A stretch of 64,000 bases of DNA from Anthoceros angustus (taxonomy: Eukaryota; Plantae; Anthocerotophyta). Under the pieces are notes generated by a model. The model was not told where the DNA came from and made no database searches. It saw nothing but the letters and a program-made list of their open reading frames with translations. The stretch spans positions 1,106,090 to 1,170,089 of the forward strand of contig MU008151.1 in NCBI GenBank assembly GCA_010909165.1, written 5' to 3'. Below, piece by piece: positions 26,285 to 38,900 of this stretch (the stretch's first letter is position 1; the number at the start of each line of letters is the position of its first letter). The position numbers and the translations under genes are program-made.

Positions 26285-28165
26285 CGCCAGGATCCCGCCC
26301 TCGGGCCGCATCGGGGCGTCCTGGCAGTGGGTACTGGTGTTCGCACCCCTCTGGCTGCTGCTGCTTGGCTCCTTCGGCATCCTGCCGATCGTGGGAGAAC
26401 TGCAGAGGTGGAGCCCTTGGTGAAGAATATGGCGTTCCTGGCTGCTGCGCCCTGTATTGACTCCCATTCTGGGCACGCCTCCCCGAGGCGATCAGTCCTA
26501 GTCTCCTCCGGGAGTGGAGGAAGGGTGCATTGTGAATTCTTTGTACACCAGCTGTCTTGTGTTGCTACGTCCTCATCGTTCCAGAAGACCAGCTTCAGTA
26601 GTCAATCGTAAGGTCAGATACACACTCACATCCCAGCGGATGCGATTTGAAGAAAGCTCATGCAAGGTCTCCCAAGATGATGAGATGGAAGCCTGGGTCG
26701 CACGGAACGGAATTCTGCAATGCAACGCAGGCGGCAGTGTGAGAACCAGCTCAATGAAAACAGCCATGGCAGTTGATACCGGTTTAATGCGGTCATTAGG
26801 GACCGCTCCCATCCCCAGAACATAGAAGAGCAGCAGCAACACACCGGCAGCAACAGCAACCTTGGGCATCGAGAATGTGCTTAGGGTTTCGAGGTCTGGG
26901 CATTTGCCTGCGCACGGTTCGTCAGTTTAATGATCGGGCGAAAAGCTGGTCTGTTTTGCTGCAGCAGCTGAGCAGTATGCAACTCAGCTCTTGGACTGGC
27001 TTTTGAGATCCAGAGACGTTGATGCAAGATCTACTAGGATGGAATTCGGTGCTTGCCGGTTGCAAGTGGGGCAACCAACGCATGCTGTACTTTTTGGGCA
27101 CTGGCTATGTGCTCGGATCAATTGGGCAGTGAAGGACATTGCTGAAATAGTATGTCACTTCCAAAGTTGAACTTTCTGGTTGCATTAGAGATGATTAACT
27201 GGAGGAGAGACGGAGAAGGAGAAAGAAGCTGAATTTGATGAAGGTTCACCATCGCTGCGTAAATGGAATTGCGTACCAGGAGAAGGCGCCCATGACGTTC
27301 TCTGATGATTCTGATCTGGATGCGTTGCTGGATGCTGAAAGCAGCGACGAGGATGACAGTGATGAACATGGAGGTACAGGCCTCCACAGGCGGATTGATG
27401 ATATTCTCAAGGATTTTGACGAATTCGGGCTGGACGAGGTAGATTCCCCGCCCTCCGTTCCGAGGTCTGAGCCGCAGCAGGAGTCTGCAGGAGGCCACGC
27501 CACGCGGCACGGGCCGGAGAACGTGGATGTGGACCACCTGAGGAGACTGAGGGTGGTCCTGCTGTTGCCAGCCCAGCCTTGCCTGCAGGAGGGCCGGTTT
27601 TGGAGGAGGATTTGCGACACGCCGACACTTCAGAGCCGTGCAGTTTGGACTCCCAGGATGAGGGCGACGATGTGAGGAACACTGTCGTTGCTGATACGTG
27701 GGAGGTGGAGGAGCAGGATGTGCTGCCACCAGAAACTGCACCATCTTCTGGTGCCTTGGATGACGAGAAATTGCTGGCCGACTTGGCTGCAAGGTCCGTT
27801 CTTGAGAGATCTTCTGTGGAGGGTGTCGGGGCCTCAGGCAGTGTCGTCCAGGATGCCCAGCTGCTGGAGTGGGCTGATGACAGAGAGGATGGAGTGGGCG
27901 CCGATTCTGTACGTGGGTGCTCTGTCTGACGTTCAGAGCTCTGCGTCTGGCATCTCCCAATCCAGCTCAGAGGCCCTAGGCAGGGAAGATGGTGGGATGC
28001 CGGAGGATATGCTTCAGAGTACGAGCACCAACTTGTTTGAGGGAGACAGAAAGCGGGAGCGAGCTTTGTCGGCGGTGGTGGGAGGTAAGGAATACTTTCT
28101 CAAGTCAGGGGCGTCCAACGTCACTAGGAGGTCTGGAGCTGCGTTTGCAGCAGCTGCAGCTGCCT
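26285..28165 (+). repeat. Segmental module A, uninterrupted copy; the other copy is 17860-18474 plus 21775-23205
   Basis: Collinear similarity, including the DAESSDEDDSDE-coding stretch and the GREDGGMPEDMLQ segment. Confidence 0.85.
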
Positions 28166-28179
28166 GATTGCAGGCTGCA

Positions 28180-28410
28180 CCTGTGAATTCAGCATACAAA
28201 AGAGTGGTTTTTCGAGTTGTTCTAGAGAATGAAATAGGAAGGCATGTAACGAGATGGTGTCGCATTACTTGTTGTACTGCGGATGTGCACAGTCAACTCA
28301 ACTTCCAATTTCTTTAGCGTAGTGTTGCTGGCCAGAGCCAGCCCAATCATCTCCGGAGGACACAACAAAACAGTTTCTGTTCCATCAATGTTTCTGTTTC
28401 CAGTTCTCAC
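28180..28410 (-). pseudogene. RI-like LRR fragment (copy at 57695-57925)
   Basis: IGLALASNTTLKKLEV. Confidence 0.55.
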
Positions 28411-28624
28411 AGCCTCCCGACCAAGGATCAGTCAAGGAGTGTAGAACGCAATACAGCGAACAGCACAGATTACTCCGCTGAATCATCGTCCAAGCTATGT
28501 GCAAGAACGTCGGACCACGTCAAACCTATACCCGCCTTTTTGTCGCAATGTACGTCATCTCTGCAGGCCAATTCCATCATCCACAAGCACCACGCACATG
28601 ACGATTGATTTTTTTGTGGTGTGG

Positions 28625-28910
28625 AGGCATTCTCCTTACTAAACATATTGCCTCATCCACTCGTCATGCGCGGCCCAGGAGTGGTTCTCTGTGGGAACTG
28701 TGCCGTGGAGTCTGCTCATTGCCTCAAAAGGCTCCCGCCCCTCCTTCACCAGTCCTGTACGACAGCAGACAGTCAGTACACTGAGGAATGCGATACCGTC
28801 TGGTTGCAAGCCATCCTGTTTCATTCTCTGGACCAACTCAAAGTCCACTTAACTGTCTCCTTCCTGGCGGGTGTAGCCTGCAATCAGTGCATCCAGATGA
28901 CGGATGTCTC
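28625..28910 (-). pseudogene. PPR fragment
   Basis: FELVQRMKQDGLQPDGIAFLSVLTVCCRTGLVKEGREPFEAMSRLHG. Confidence 0.8.
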
Positions 28911-30200
28911 TTCAGCAATGTCTCTTGCTAGCCGAGTGAGCCAGTGGACATTTAAGAGGTCATTTGCAATCGGTTTCTCACCTTGGACGCACTGCTTTCA
29001 CAAGTCCGTGCCTCCAAGTGTATTGGTTACCCTTTGGACATGTCTAAAGCAAACTTGAGTGAACTGCCAGAGATTGTGGAGAACCATGATCTCTCCTGAC
29101 AGCAGGATTTTCTAAAGCCTGGGAAAGAAGCCCTCCAGAGTCCAGCTGCGAAATCCCAATTGCAGGAGCAGGGGGTCCACTATGAATATAACCTCCAGCT
29201 TGCTAGCACCCCAATTTCAAAGCCTGAGAACTTGCAGGCATGTCGTTTCTCTGCACATTTGACAATTTATCAATTCAAACGATCTACGAGGCCTGAAGCA
29301 CGAAACATGTCAGTGGTACCGGAACCATCTATAACTGCAATAGCTCAATATCCCACAACTGGCTGAGAAACGCAATCGAGAACATGCCGTGTAACGAACT
29401 CATAGGTTTGCTGCAATCACTACATAGCATACTCTTTACCATACCATGTCCTTTACCAGTGCTGGCCACAAACACGTTGATTGCTCTCTAGTCTGCGCAT
29501 GAAGTTGCATCCCCTTCTCCAGATTTATGGTGCCCTCCTTTGCACGAGGCGCACACATCCATGCCTAACCTTTATAACACCATAGAGACAAAGGCTTCGT
29601 GAACCCATGCCCCTGCTGGGCATACATATCCTGCTATCCTGGCAGTACATGTGACACCTGTATTTTCACCCAGTGCGTTCCGGACACACGATGGCATCAG
29701 TAACTTGCAAACCTTGGCAAGGCAAGTCTTACCATGAGTAGTGAACAATTGCTGCCTGTAAGACCGACTACCTGAAGGAGTAAGGACCTGCACCAGAAAG
29801 TTTCGCCACTTCCAAGTCTTGGCACCTTGTCCCAGCTCGGTTGGCTGTTCTTCCCAACACGTTGGTACCCTAAAATCTACAGATGCACAGATCAAATTTG
29901 TGTTAGTCATTACTGAGGTGCAGGGCACGATGTCATTCCTGGCCACTGATGCATGCTCACTCTGGAGGATCCTCCTTCACCAACCAGGGCCCTCCAAAGT
30001 TCTGGAAGAGTCAGAGGCTTGAACAACCAAAAAAGGACGAATTCGACAAAGGTGGGATTTCGCAAAGAGTGATGTAAGATACAGAAGGATTAGGCTCTAC
30101 ATTCTAATGCCTGTCTACCTACCATTATCCAATCACATGATGCAGATGGCTCCTAGAGTCATCCTGCAAATGCCAAAGTTAGGCTGCAACACACGACGTT
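28910..30200. repeat. Segmental module B, containing a decayed PPR piece (TCTARIAGYAQQGHG); copies at 44705-46830 (x2), 53900-54930 and 55710-56770
   Basis: Collinear near-identity among five copies; the last two are inverted. Confidence 0.85.
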
Positions 30201-30213
30201 CTAGTTGCTCCCG

Positions 30214-31270
30214 TCAGAGCGGCTGATAGACTTGTCTCTTAATTCCCCTCCGAATACACCGTTCGCAGACCCATGCCACTCCTCGTCCTCCATCCTGCCG
30301 TTTCCGATATTGCACCTTGTGCAGTTGGAATGTGTCGGCCATTTGATCCCTCAGCAACGGCTGCAACAAATTCTTCAGAGCAATCCATGCCTCTTGCACG
30401 GGTGTTCTGGCTCGCAGCTGGTCCTGTCAGGTCCAGATTTAAATGGGACAGGGCTGAGTTCCCAAAGGCCGCAGCCACAGAAACCGCTCCATCCAAGCTG
30501 GTAACAGGGTCGGGAACCGCACCCCCAATGCCGGCAGCCACGTGTAGGCCAGCCTTGGCCAGGAAGAGAAATAGCTTTGCACCATTGATTGCTAAGGGCC
30601 TGATCCACCTCCACTTCGCATCCTCCAATGTCAAGTGGAATCCAGTTTGGCCCTGCACGATGTGATTCCCAGAGATGTTTTCGCACATGAAGTACAGCTT
30701 AGCCGCTTTGCCCACACGCACCCCTGCAATCAATCTCTGTCCTAAACCCACGTCTGCAGTGGTGATGTAGGGACGTCTGGGTATCTGACTGCTTTCTAAT
30801 TCTGCAGAGAAATTCATAATCTCATCCATCTTAGAAAGCAAGAATTGTAGAGTAGCTTCCTGCCCATTCTTGATAGCGCTAATCTCATGTTGGATAAGTT
30901 GCAAAGTCTCACCAATTCTATCCACTTTGACTCCCACTGCTTTCACCTCTTGTTTCAAATCTCTTATCGCTTGATTGATTTTTTGCAACAGTTGCTCCCC
31001 CATCTCCGAGCGAGTTGTTCCAGGGAGGGATATAGTACGTCGGATGCTGACAAACCGAGACGTTTGAAGTGGTGCGTCTTGTTGTGCGAGCACCCCTTTC
31101 TCTGTACGCAGGACTTCCTCTACAGCTGCATCTATGTTGGATATGGTTTGAAGGAGACCAGTTCGTCGCCTTTGCAAGACATCCAAGACTTCACCAGTAC
31201 TTGAGAGCTCATCAGCTCCCTCAAACGCACTCTCCAAAGAGGCTTCAGGACATGCTGGCCAGGACCAGCT
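30214..31270 (-). pseudogene. TORNADO1-like Roco protein, C-terminal region (frameshift ~30400)
   Basis: Coiled coil, then PRRPYIT..KLYFMCE..HIVQGQTG, then FQLHKVQYR..GVAWVCERC; resembles the TRN1 C-terminal motifs LHMLCE..HVVEDQ and WRVRY..IAWIC. Confidence 0.8.
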
Positions 31271-31378
31271 AAAGTACTGTGTCCAGTGAGTTGTCGGTGC
31301 CTCGACAAGCATTAATGATAAAACAAAACACCTTTGGCTTGTCTGCCGCAAAACTATGTCCAGGGAGTTGTCGGTGCC

Positions 31379-31515
31379 TCGACAAGCATTAATGATAAAA
31401 CAAAACACCTTTGGCTTGTCTGCCGCAAAACTGTGTCCAGTGATAGACCCATCAGTGGAAAGAGTTACATCTCTGGCAAACAAGCCAAAGGCGTTTGTCA
31501 TCATTGCTTTCGAGA
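31379..31515. repeat. ~140-nt imperfect inverted repeat (hairpin), preceded by a duplicated 5' arm
   Basis: AAACACCTTTGGCTTGTCTGCC pairs with GGCAAACAAGCCAAAGGCGTTT; inner stem AACTGTGTCCAGTGAT / ATCAGTGGAAAGAGTT. Confidence 0.85.
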
Positions 31516-31689
31516 TCGCTTTCTCGATGTGCGGCAGCTCGAACCCTGCATCTCTTGACAAATACGGCTGATAACCCTAATGCTGCAGTCAAGAGGAAGC
31601 TCTCTACATCTCTGGAACATTCACCAACCACAAATCTATCCTATCCAGGCAGAAGAGTATACATCAGGATCAGATTCAGTTGCACCCGT

Positions 31690-32575
31690 CAGAGCGGCTG
31701 ATAGACTTCTTTGTCAATTCCCTCCGCATACACCGTTCGCAAACCCATGCGACTCCTGGTCCTCCCTCAGGCCTTTTCCGAAATTGCACCTCATGCCGTT
31801 GGAGTTGTCGGCCATTTGATCCCTCAGAAACGGCTGGAACAGACTCTTCAGAGCAATCCATGCCTCTTGCACGGGAGTGCTCTGGCTCCCTGGTCCCGTC
31901 AGGTCCAGATTTAAATGGGAAGATACTCTACAATTCTTGCTTTCTAAGATGGATGAGATTATGAATTTCACTGCAGAATTAGAAAGCAGTCAGATCTGAA
32001 CGTTCGTACATCACCACTGCAGACGTGGGTCTGGCACACAGTTGCAGTGCGTGTGGGCAAAGCGGCTAAGCTCCACTTCATGTGCGAAAACATCTTTGGG
32101 AATCACATCGTGCAGGGCCAATCTGGATTTGACTTGACATTGGAGGATGCGAAGTGGAGGTGGATCTTTTAGGTCTTGATGTCGCTGATCTCACGTTGCA
32201 TACGGTGCAAAGTCTCACCAATTCTATCCACTTTGACTCCACTGCTTTCACCTCTTGTTTCAAATCTCTTATCCCTTGATTGATGGTTTGCAACAGTTGC
32301 TCCCCATCTCCGGGTGAGTTGTTCCACGGAGGGATATAGTACGTCGGATGTTGACAAACCGAGACGTTTGAAAAGGTGCGTCTTGTTGTGCGAGCACCAC
32401 TTTCTCTGTAGGCAGGACTTCCTCTACAGCTGCATCTATGTTGGATATGGTTTGAAGGAGACCTGTTCGTCGCCTTTGCAAGACATCCAAGACTTCACCA
32501 GTACTTAAGAGCTCTTTACCTCCCTCAAAGGCATTCTCCAAAAGGCTTCAGGACATTCTGGCCAGGACCAGCTAA
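31690..32575 (-). pseudogene. Rearranged TRN1-like C-terminal fragment with an internal inversion (31921-32167 on +)
   Basis: Same sequence as 30214-31270, with the middle flipped and partly deleted. Confidence 0.8.
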
Positions 32576-32679
32576 AGTACTGTGTCCAGTGAGTTGTCGG
32601 TGCCTCGACAAGCATTAATGATAAACAAAACACCTTGGCTTGTCTGCCGCAAAACTATGTCCAGGGAGTTGTCGGTGCC

Positions 32680-32817
32680 TCGACAAGCATTAATGATAAA
32701 ACAAAACACCTTTGGCTTGTCTGCCGCAAAACTGTGTCCAGTGATAGACCCATCAGTGGAAAGAGTTACATCTCTGGCAAACAAGCCAAAGGCGTTTGTC
32801 ATCATTGCTTTCGAGAT
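32680..32817. repeat. Hairpin copy 2
   Basis: Near-identical to 31379-31515. Confidence 0.85.
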
Positions 32818-33049
32818 CGCTTTCTCGATGTGCGGCAGCTCGAACCCTGCATCTCTTGACAAATACGGCTGATAACCCTAATGCTGCAGTCAAGAGGAAG
32901 CCATCTCTGAACATTCACCACCACAATCTATCCTATCCAGGCAGAAGAGGATACATCAGATCAGATCTATACCCAGCCCAGAGCTACGTACAGCTGCTTC
33001 TTCAGCGTGTTCAAGCACACGTCTTAAAAGCATTACACTATGTCCTACA

Positions 33050-33890
33050 CTCCTTGAAGCTTGCTAGCAATTGCAAGTTGTACGAGCAGGAAAGACGAGC
33101 ACACCTAGGTGTGTTGCAAAACAGCGCAGCAGCTCATACCCAGCATCCCCAAAATGCCCAGCGGCCAGTCTAACCAACCAAACGCCATGCCATCCTAGCT
33201 CCGGACGCAGCGAAGGGCACAAAGCGCGAGTGCCGAGGGTGACCAGACTTGAAACCCACAGACCGGAAGAGCTCCTCCTCCGAGACCCACTGGGATGGAA
33301 AGCGTTCCACCTCCGATTCCAACAAAGTGGTAGAGGAAGCCAGTCCGATCGTCCAACTTGTGGTAAAATAAACCCTAAATTTGTGACTGGCGACTCTGAT
33401 AATGGGTCCTGCTCTGGATAAGATTTTCCTCCGCACGTTCAGCTTGTCGAAGACGGGATTGCCTACTGGACATGGTAGGACGCCTTAGGAATTCCTCTTG
33501 TATCTTTTCATTTCCACATGATGCCATTGCATAGCTCCGGTCATGGACTCGTGTTACAATGGACTTGAGTTCCAATGAACCCATGTCTGGCTGTAACTCC
33601 TTCGAGGACTTGCCAACTCCCACGCTCACTGCTCACTGCTGCACAAACCAAAACAGACAGCAGATCTATTTCCAACCCAGTCTGACCGTGAGAGATGGCA
33701 TACAGCACTACATGCAGCTCACAATACAATACAACACAATAATTTATGGGTCTGAGTTGCTTGCCCACCCCTTCCTGTACGATCGAGAACATTCTTCGCT
33801 CATGTGGGAACAACAATCGTATCTGGCTAATGTATTTTTGCTTAGAGAACCTGAACTGTTACAGAATGGGAAGAGACAAGGACGTGCTCG
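33050..33890. repeat. Module C, unidentified gene fragment (direct copy at 37158-38028)
   Basis: Collinear duplicates; faint F-box-associated-like motifs (SERGSWQVL, CNGIMW). Confidence 0.7.
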
Positions 33891-35540
33891 AAACGATCCC
33901 ATGAGTGCGTCCAGCAAGGGTTTCACACTCTTGGCAGATCGAGCGTCCATGGAGAAGAGTGGTGTTGTTTGCACGTGAACAACCTGATCAAACTCGGGTG
34001 GCCAACTGTGTCAGAATGGGTTGTAGGAGATCCGGTAATGCTAGAGCATCAGAACGCTTCATCTGATCTACATGAGTTGCCACCACAAATATTTGAGGCA
34101 AAGTAGAGCCCACGTTGCGACGATTTGAGTTGATGAACCGAAGCCAGTACGCCAAGCTCGTTCTGAACCTGTCCTCCAGGATGTTAGGCGGATGCAGTTG
34201 GTGAGGTTTCCGGACATCAAATGCGCTGAACGCAAACAGGAAGACACATGCTTGGTTGAAGGTCGGAAAGAGGTAGTCTTGCAGAGCTCGGTACTGAGCT
34301 TGTCCAGCCAGATCCCATATGGTAACTTGCATATCATGGTCGTTGCGCAACACATCGATTTCTATGCCTTCCGTTCTGGTACCGGTGACGGTAAACATCC
34401 GTCGCCGAGCATAAGACATTGTTTCCTTCAGTCGAGCTGGAACTTCGACGAGCTGGAACTCGGGTGATGCGTCAGTCTGTCGTTTCCATGGGCGAATCAT
34501 GGTGGTGCGGAGTGGTCTTCCTGCCAAAGGGACACCGCACAGGAAGAGGCGCCCAGCCTGGGGCATCACATGCCCTTGCCCGTTCGAGCAAAGGCCAGTA
34601 AGCCTCTTGAGTGGCATTGCGTGCCAAGGCTATATTGATGGTTGCGTCCTTTCCTTCTTCTTCCCATGTTGTTCCCCGTACTTTGATCCCGTACTTTGAA
34701 GAGAGTTCATCAAGTCTGTGAACATGTCATAGATCAGGGCGTCGCAGTAAGAAATGTCGAGATTTTCCAGAGATGCGTTGCTCTCCAAGGATCTCAGCAA
34801 CTCTTTCTTGAACGAGGCGTGGCCCTGGAGAAACTGCAAGTCCAGGACACGCAGTGCTTTGCATTCCGGGAGCAACTGGACAAGGAGCATCCACTCTTCC
34901 GTCGCAGCTGATGGCTCATGGGCCGAGCACAGTGCCCATGGGTCCGAGGCCGCCGGGAATGGGACCCTACAATGCAACGCCATGATCCAACGCCAGTACC
35001 CGGAGCATGGCACAGAGCGGAAGAGCCTTTGCAATACACTGGGCTCCAGCCACATCCATGCCCATGGCATCCAGTGGCAGAACCTTGAGACGGGGAGCAG
35101 TGGCACAATGCGGGCCAGGTGCTGTGCCCTTCAGCATCTCCCACACTGTTCTTGCCTAGGTCCAAACTCTCCAGGTGCCTAGGTCCAAACTCTCAGGACA
35201 GAATCCTTGTTGAAGCCTTTGGCCAGGGCACCCAGTCCCGGCATCAAGCCCAACCCTAGGTGCTGGAAGTTCTCGTAAGCTGCGACTGGATGCAACAAGC
35301 TGGCCCAGAGCCTCGCAAGCCTGCCTTCCAAAACCTTCACAGTAATCCACCCTCAGAGATATCAGGTACAGACTGCGTGCTTGGGGCAGACTGCGCGCTT
35401 GGGCAGACTGCGTGCTTGGGGCAGACTGCGTGCTTGGGGCAGAGCCGCCACATGCGCAGCGCCTCCACCTTCCTCGCCGCCGACCTTGTTGCCTCACAGT
35501 AGCAGGTGGCGGACCTCTTTGAGCGGGTTGGCCTGCACGC
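33890..35540 (-). pseudogene. TRN1-like LRR + Roc GTPase fragment
   Basis: RI-like LRRs (SRSLREL; CKALRVLDL; SLESNASLENLDIS); GRLFLCGVPLAG (P-loop Lys lost by compensating indels); TRTEGIEI; IWDLAGQ..Y; VVATHVD. Confidence 0.85.
35368..35443. repeat. 18-19-bp tandem repeat x4 (CAGACTGCGTGCTTGGG(G))
   Basis: Directly visible. Confidence 0.9.
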
Positions 35541-35548
35541 CAAATCCT

Positions 35549-35557
35549 AAACCCTAA
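35549..35557. promoter_or_regulatory. Telo-box-like AAACCCTAA upstream of the LRR-Roc fragment
   Basis: CAAATCCTAAACCCTAACCT; function unproven. Confidence 0.3.
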
Positions 35558-36058
35558 CCTATATTTCGTCTTGACAGTAGTCGTGCCTTAACAAGTCGTG
35601 AAATGGGCAGTACTGTCCAGGCAAGGTTTCCATCCAGTTGGGCTTTGAGGAGGAGCTCTAACGTTTACTTGCTCCTCTGGTCGGCTTCCCAGTTCGGTCA
35701 GCCCGGCACTCGCGTCTTGTGCCCTTCCCTGCAGCAGGAGCTAGGATGGCGGCAGGTGCAGGGCCGGATTTCTGTTCAAGGAAGGACGATTTCTCTGCCA
35801 AGTCTGGAGTCCTGCTGGGACCCCAGGGAACCTGTCTTGACCTTGGGGGACCCTGGCTACTCCAGTCTGCAGGTTCCAGCCCCTGAAACTCATCCCTGAG
35901 TATCCTCTTCTGGCCGGGTAGGATAGATTATGGGTTGTGATAGTTCCAGAGATGTAGAGAGCTTCCTTTTGACTGCAGCGTTAATTAGTTAGGGTCAGCA
36001 GCTGTTTGTGTCATGAGATGGCAGGTTTCGAGCCGCTGCACGGTTGAAGAAAGTGATC

Positions 36059-36191
36059 TCGAAAACATTGATGACAAACACCTTTGGCTTGTTTGCCAGA
36101 TATGTAACTGCATTCACTGATGAGGTATCACTCTGAATACAGTAATCTGCAAACAGGCCAAAGGTGTCTTGTCGTAATTAATGCTTGTCGA
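36059..36191. repeat. Hairpin copy 3 (opposite orientation, diverged)
   Basis: GACAAACACCTTTGGCTTGTTTGC...GCAAACAGGCCAAAGGTGTCTTGTC. Confidence 0.8.
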
Positions 36192-36329
36192 GGTACCAAC
36201 GACCTTGTCACAAGAGGCAAGAGAGGTTGGGAGGTTTGATCCCTGCATTCTGTAGTGATTGTCTTGTCGTTTTCTTGGTGAAAACGAGCTATACAGCGTT
36301 GGTGGAAGACTTCGTTTAGGGCTCTCAAA

Positions 36330-36910
36330 CAGAAGATGTTAGCAAGGCACGGTTGTACCCGATTCCGTGCCATTTGTGTGCCTCTTGCAGACTTGTGAAA
36401 ATGTGGCAGCCTTGTTTGTGGGAAGACATTTATGCGCACAGCTCATGGGACAGGGCCTCCATGCTGATGTGTTTGTTGCGGGCAGTTTGATTAACACGCA
36501 TGGGAAGTCCAGGAACACAGTTGATGCACAGCATGTGTTCGATGCATTGCCTGAAAGAGGAATTGTCATCTCGAAGCACTGATTGCAGGCTACATTTGTG
36601 AAGGACACAGTAAAGATTTTTTTGAGTTGGGGCCAGACAGTGAAACAGGATAGCACCCCAACTGGATGGTATCGTAATATTTGGTGTACTGAATTTGTGC
36701 AGGCGTACAGGTCTGGTGAACCGAGGGCGGTATCAATGTAAGGCAATAAGCAGAATCCGCGTTGTAGTTGCCTCGGAAAAACACTACGCATGCACGGTGC
36801 ATCTTTTGGGGTAGTGACTTTACAGCCCAATGCTGCAATTTGGCACGCGAATCCTGCTTTCTGGGATGACTTCTACAGCCTCGGCCTGTACAACTGCGGT
36901 ATAGTCATGT
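36330..36910 (+). pseudogene. PPR fragment running into an E-like region
   Basis: FVCLLQTCENVAALFVGRHL..QGLHADVFVAGSLINTHGKSRNTVDAQHVFDALPER; later PNAAIW. Confidence 0.75.
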
Positions 36911-38399
36911 TGCTACGGTCAAATCTGTACAAAGAAGATTATGGAAAAGCGAAGCCATACTGAGGGTTCCTAAAGACTGGCACATGTTTTCGGTGCCACC
37001 AAGGGTGTAAAGACTGGCACATGTTTTCGGTGCCACCATCACCTTGAAATGTGCACCAGGTGGCTCAGATCAGTAAGAAGATTCGGCGCTTTCTTTCTCC
37101 GTTGTTGCAAGATGATTCTTGCCTTGAACAATGCTGTCACAAACAAAGTCCTTCACCCCTTGAAGCTTGCTAGCAATTGCAAGTTGTACGAGCAGGAAAG
37201 ACGAGCACACCTAGGTGTGTCGCAAAACAGCGCAGCAGCTCATACCCAGCATCCCCAAAATGCCCAGCGGCCAGTCTAACCAACCAAACGCCATCCTAGA
37301 TCCGGAAGCAGCGAAGGGCACAAAGCGCGAGTGCCGAGGGTGACCAGACTTGGAAACCCACGAGAGCGGCGAGTAGGCGCTGGGAGCTCCTCCTCGGAGA
37401 CCCACTAGAATGAAAAGTGCTGCCCACCTCCTGGATGCCAACAAAGTGGTAGAGGAAAGCCTGTAGCGTCGTCCAACTTGTGGTAAAATAAACCCTAAAT
37501 TTGCTGGCGACTCTGATAATGTCCTGCTCTGGATAAGATTTCTTCCTCCGCACGTTCAGCTTGTCGAAGACGGGATTGCCTGCTGGACATGGTAGGACGC
37601 CTTAGCAATTCCTTCTGTACCTCTTCATTTCCACATGATGCCATTCCATAGCCCTGGTCATGGACTCGTGTTACAACGGACTTGGAGTTCCAATGAACCC
37701 ATGTCTGGATGTCACTCCCTTCGAGGACTTGCCAACTCCCACGCTCACTGCTCACTGCACAAACCAAAACAGACAGCAGATCTATTTCAAGCTGAAGCAA
37801 GAATTCCGAGAGATGGCACATACAGCACTACATGCAGCTCACAATACAATACAACACAATAATCTCCATGGGGGGTCTCGAGCTTGCCCTGCCCACCCCC
37901 TTCCTGTACGATCGAGAACATTCTTCGCTCATGTGGGAACAACAATCGTATCTGGGCTAATGTATTTTTTTTGCTTAGAGAACCCGAACTTTACAGAATG
38001 GGAAGAGACAAGGACGTGCTCGAAACGAGGAGACACGCAAAGGAGCGCACAAATAGGCTCCGGGCTGGCTGGCCGGACCCGCAGGACGCCGAGAACACCA
38101 AAGCCTAGACGACGAGACAAGGCCCCTAGTGTTATCTGCGCTTGTGTTACCCACACAAAAAGCTAACAGGGACACGCTTAAGGTTGGTTGCCCAAGTTCA
38201 GGACATCTACCCATGACCATTTTCATTAAAATTTACTCCTAAATTGGATAATTGGATGCTATGCCTAAACATGTGTGTATATGTGCTAAAGCTAATGTGC
38301 TAGCAAACGCAATCCAGTTATCACCAGCAAGTGAGCTGCAGATCCGGGAGGTGCTAAGTATCTGAGGTGTAGGTGCTGACTGTTTTTTTCTTCAAAAGA

Positions 38400-38900
38400 G
38401 TCTCAGAGCTATCCAGAGCTCCTGTGTTGCTCCATGCCTGCAGGATGGAGATGGATGTGCCCTCATCAGCTTGCACACCTTCTGCTCGCACTTCACCAGA
38501 TATTTCCAAATCCTCCTTTGCTTGGTCGTGCTCGGCGTATGCTGCAAGCATCATGGTCCATGACTCTACATCACGCTGCTCCAAACCATCACACACATGC
38601 CATGCATCCACAGTGCTTTCATACTTCGAGTATGTAGCAACCAAAGTGCTACCAACCAAGGTTCCAACCTTCTCTAAAAGTGTCACCATGTATTCCCTTT
38701 GCCTTTCGCAGAGTCTCCACCTTGACATTTTGCCCATCCACTAAAACACCTTCCTCCATCTCTGCAGGAATGCCACATGCTTGGAGCACACTAACAAAAG
38801 TTCGAGCATCTGGCCGCACACTTTCCCTTGGCATTTCTGAATAAGCCTGCAAAGCTGTCTCCCTTCACCTTGAGCATACGCTGCAAGCATGGCATTAGGG
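38400..38900 (-). pseudogene. PLS PPR fragment
   Basis: VRPDARTFVSVLQAC; GSTLVATYSKYESTVDAWHVCDGLEQRDVESWTMMLAAYAEH. Confidence 0.85.

Noticed and set aside
30239-31561. 440-aa ORF as a real gene
   Set aside because: Chimeric: the N-terminus comes from the hairpin module, the middle is TRN1-like, and the last ~50 aa are out of frame.
32518-32540. Similarity to miR477 (CTCCCTCAAAGGC)
   Set aside because: Only 13 nt match, it is absent from paralogous copies (31216, 47864), and there is no hairpin; probably chance.
31290-32820. Repeat-spacer-like recurrence suggesting a CRISPR array
   Set aside because: These are duplicated hairpin arms inside segmental duplications; there are no unique spacers, no cas genes, and the context is eukaryotic.
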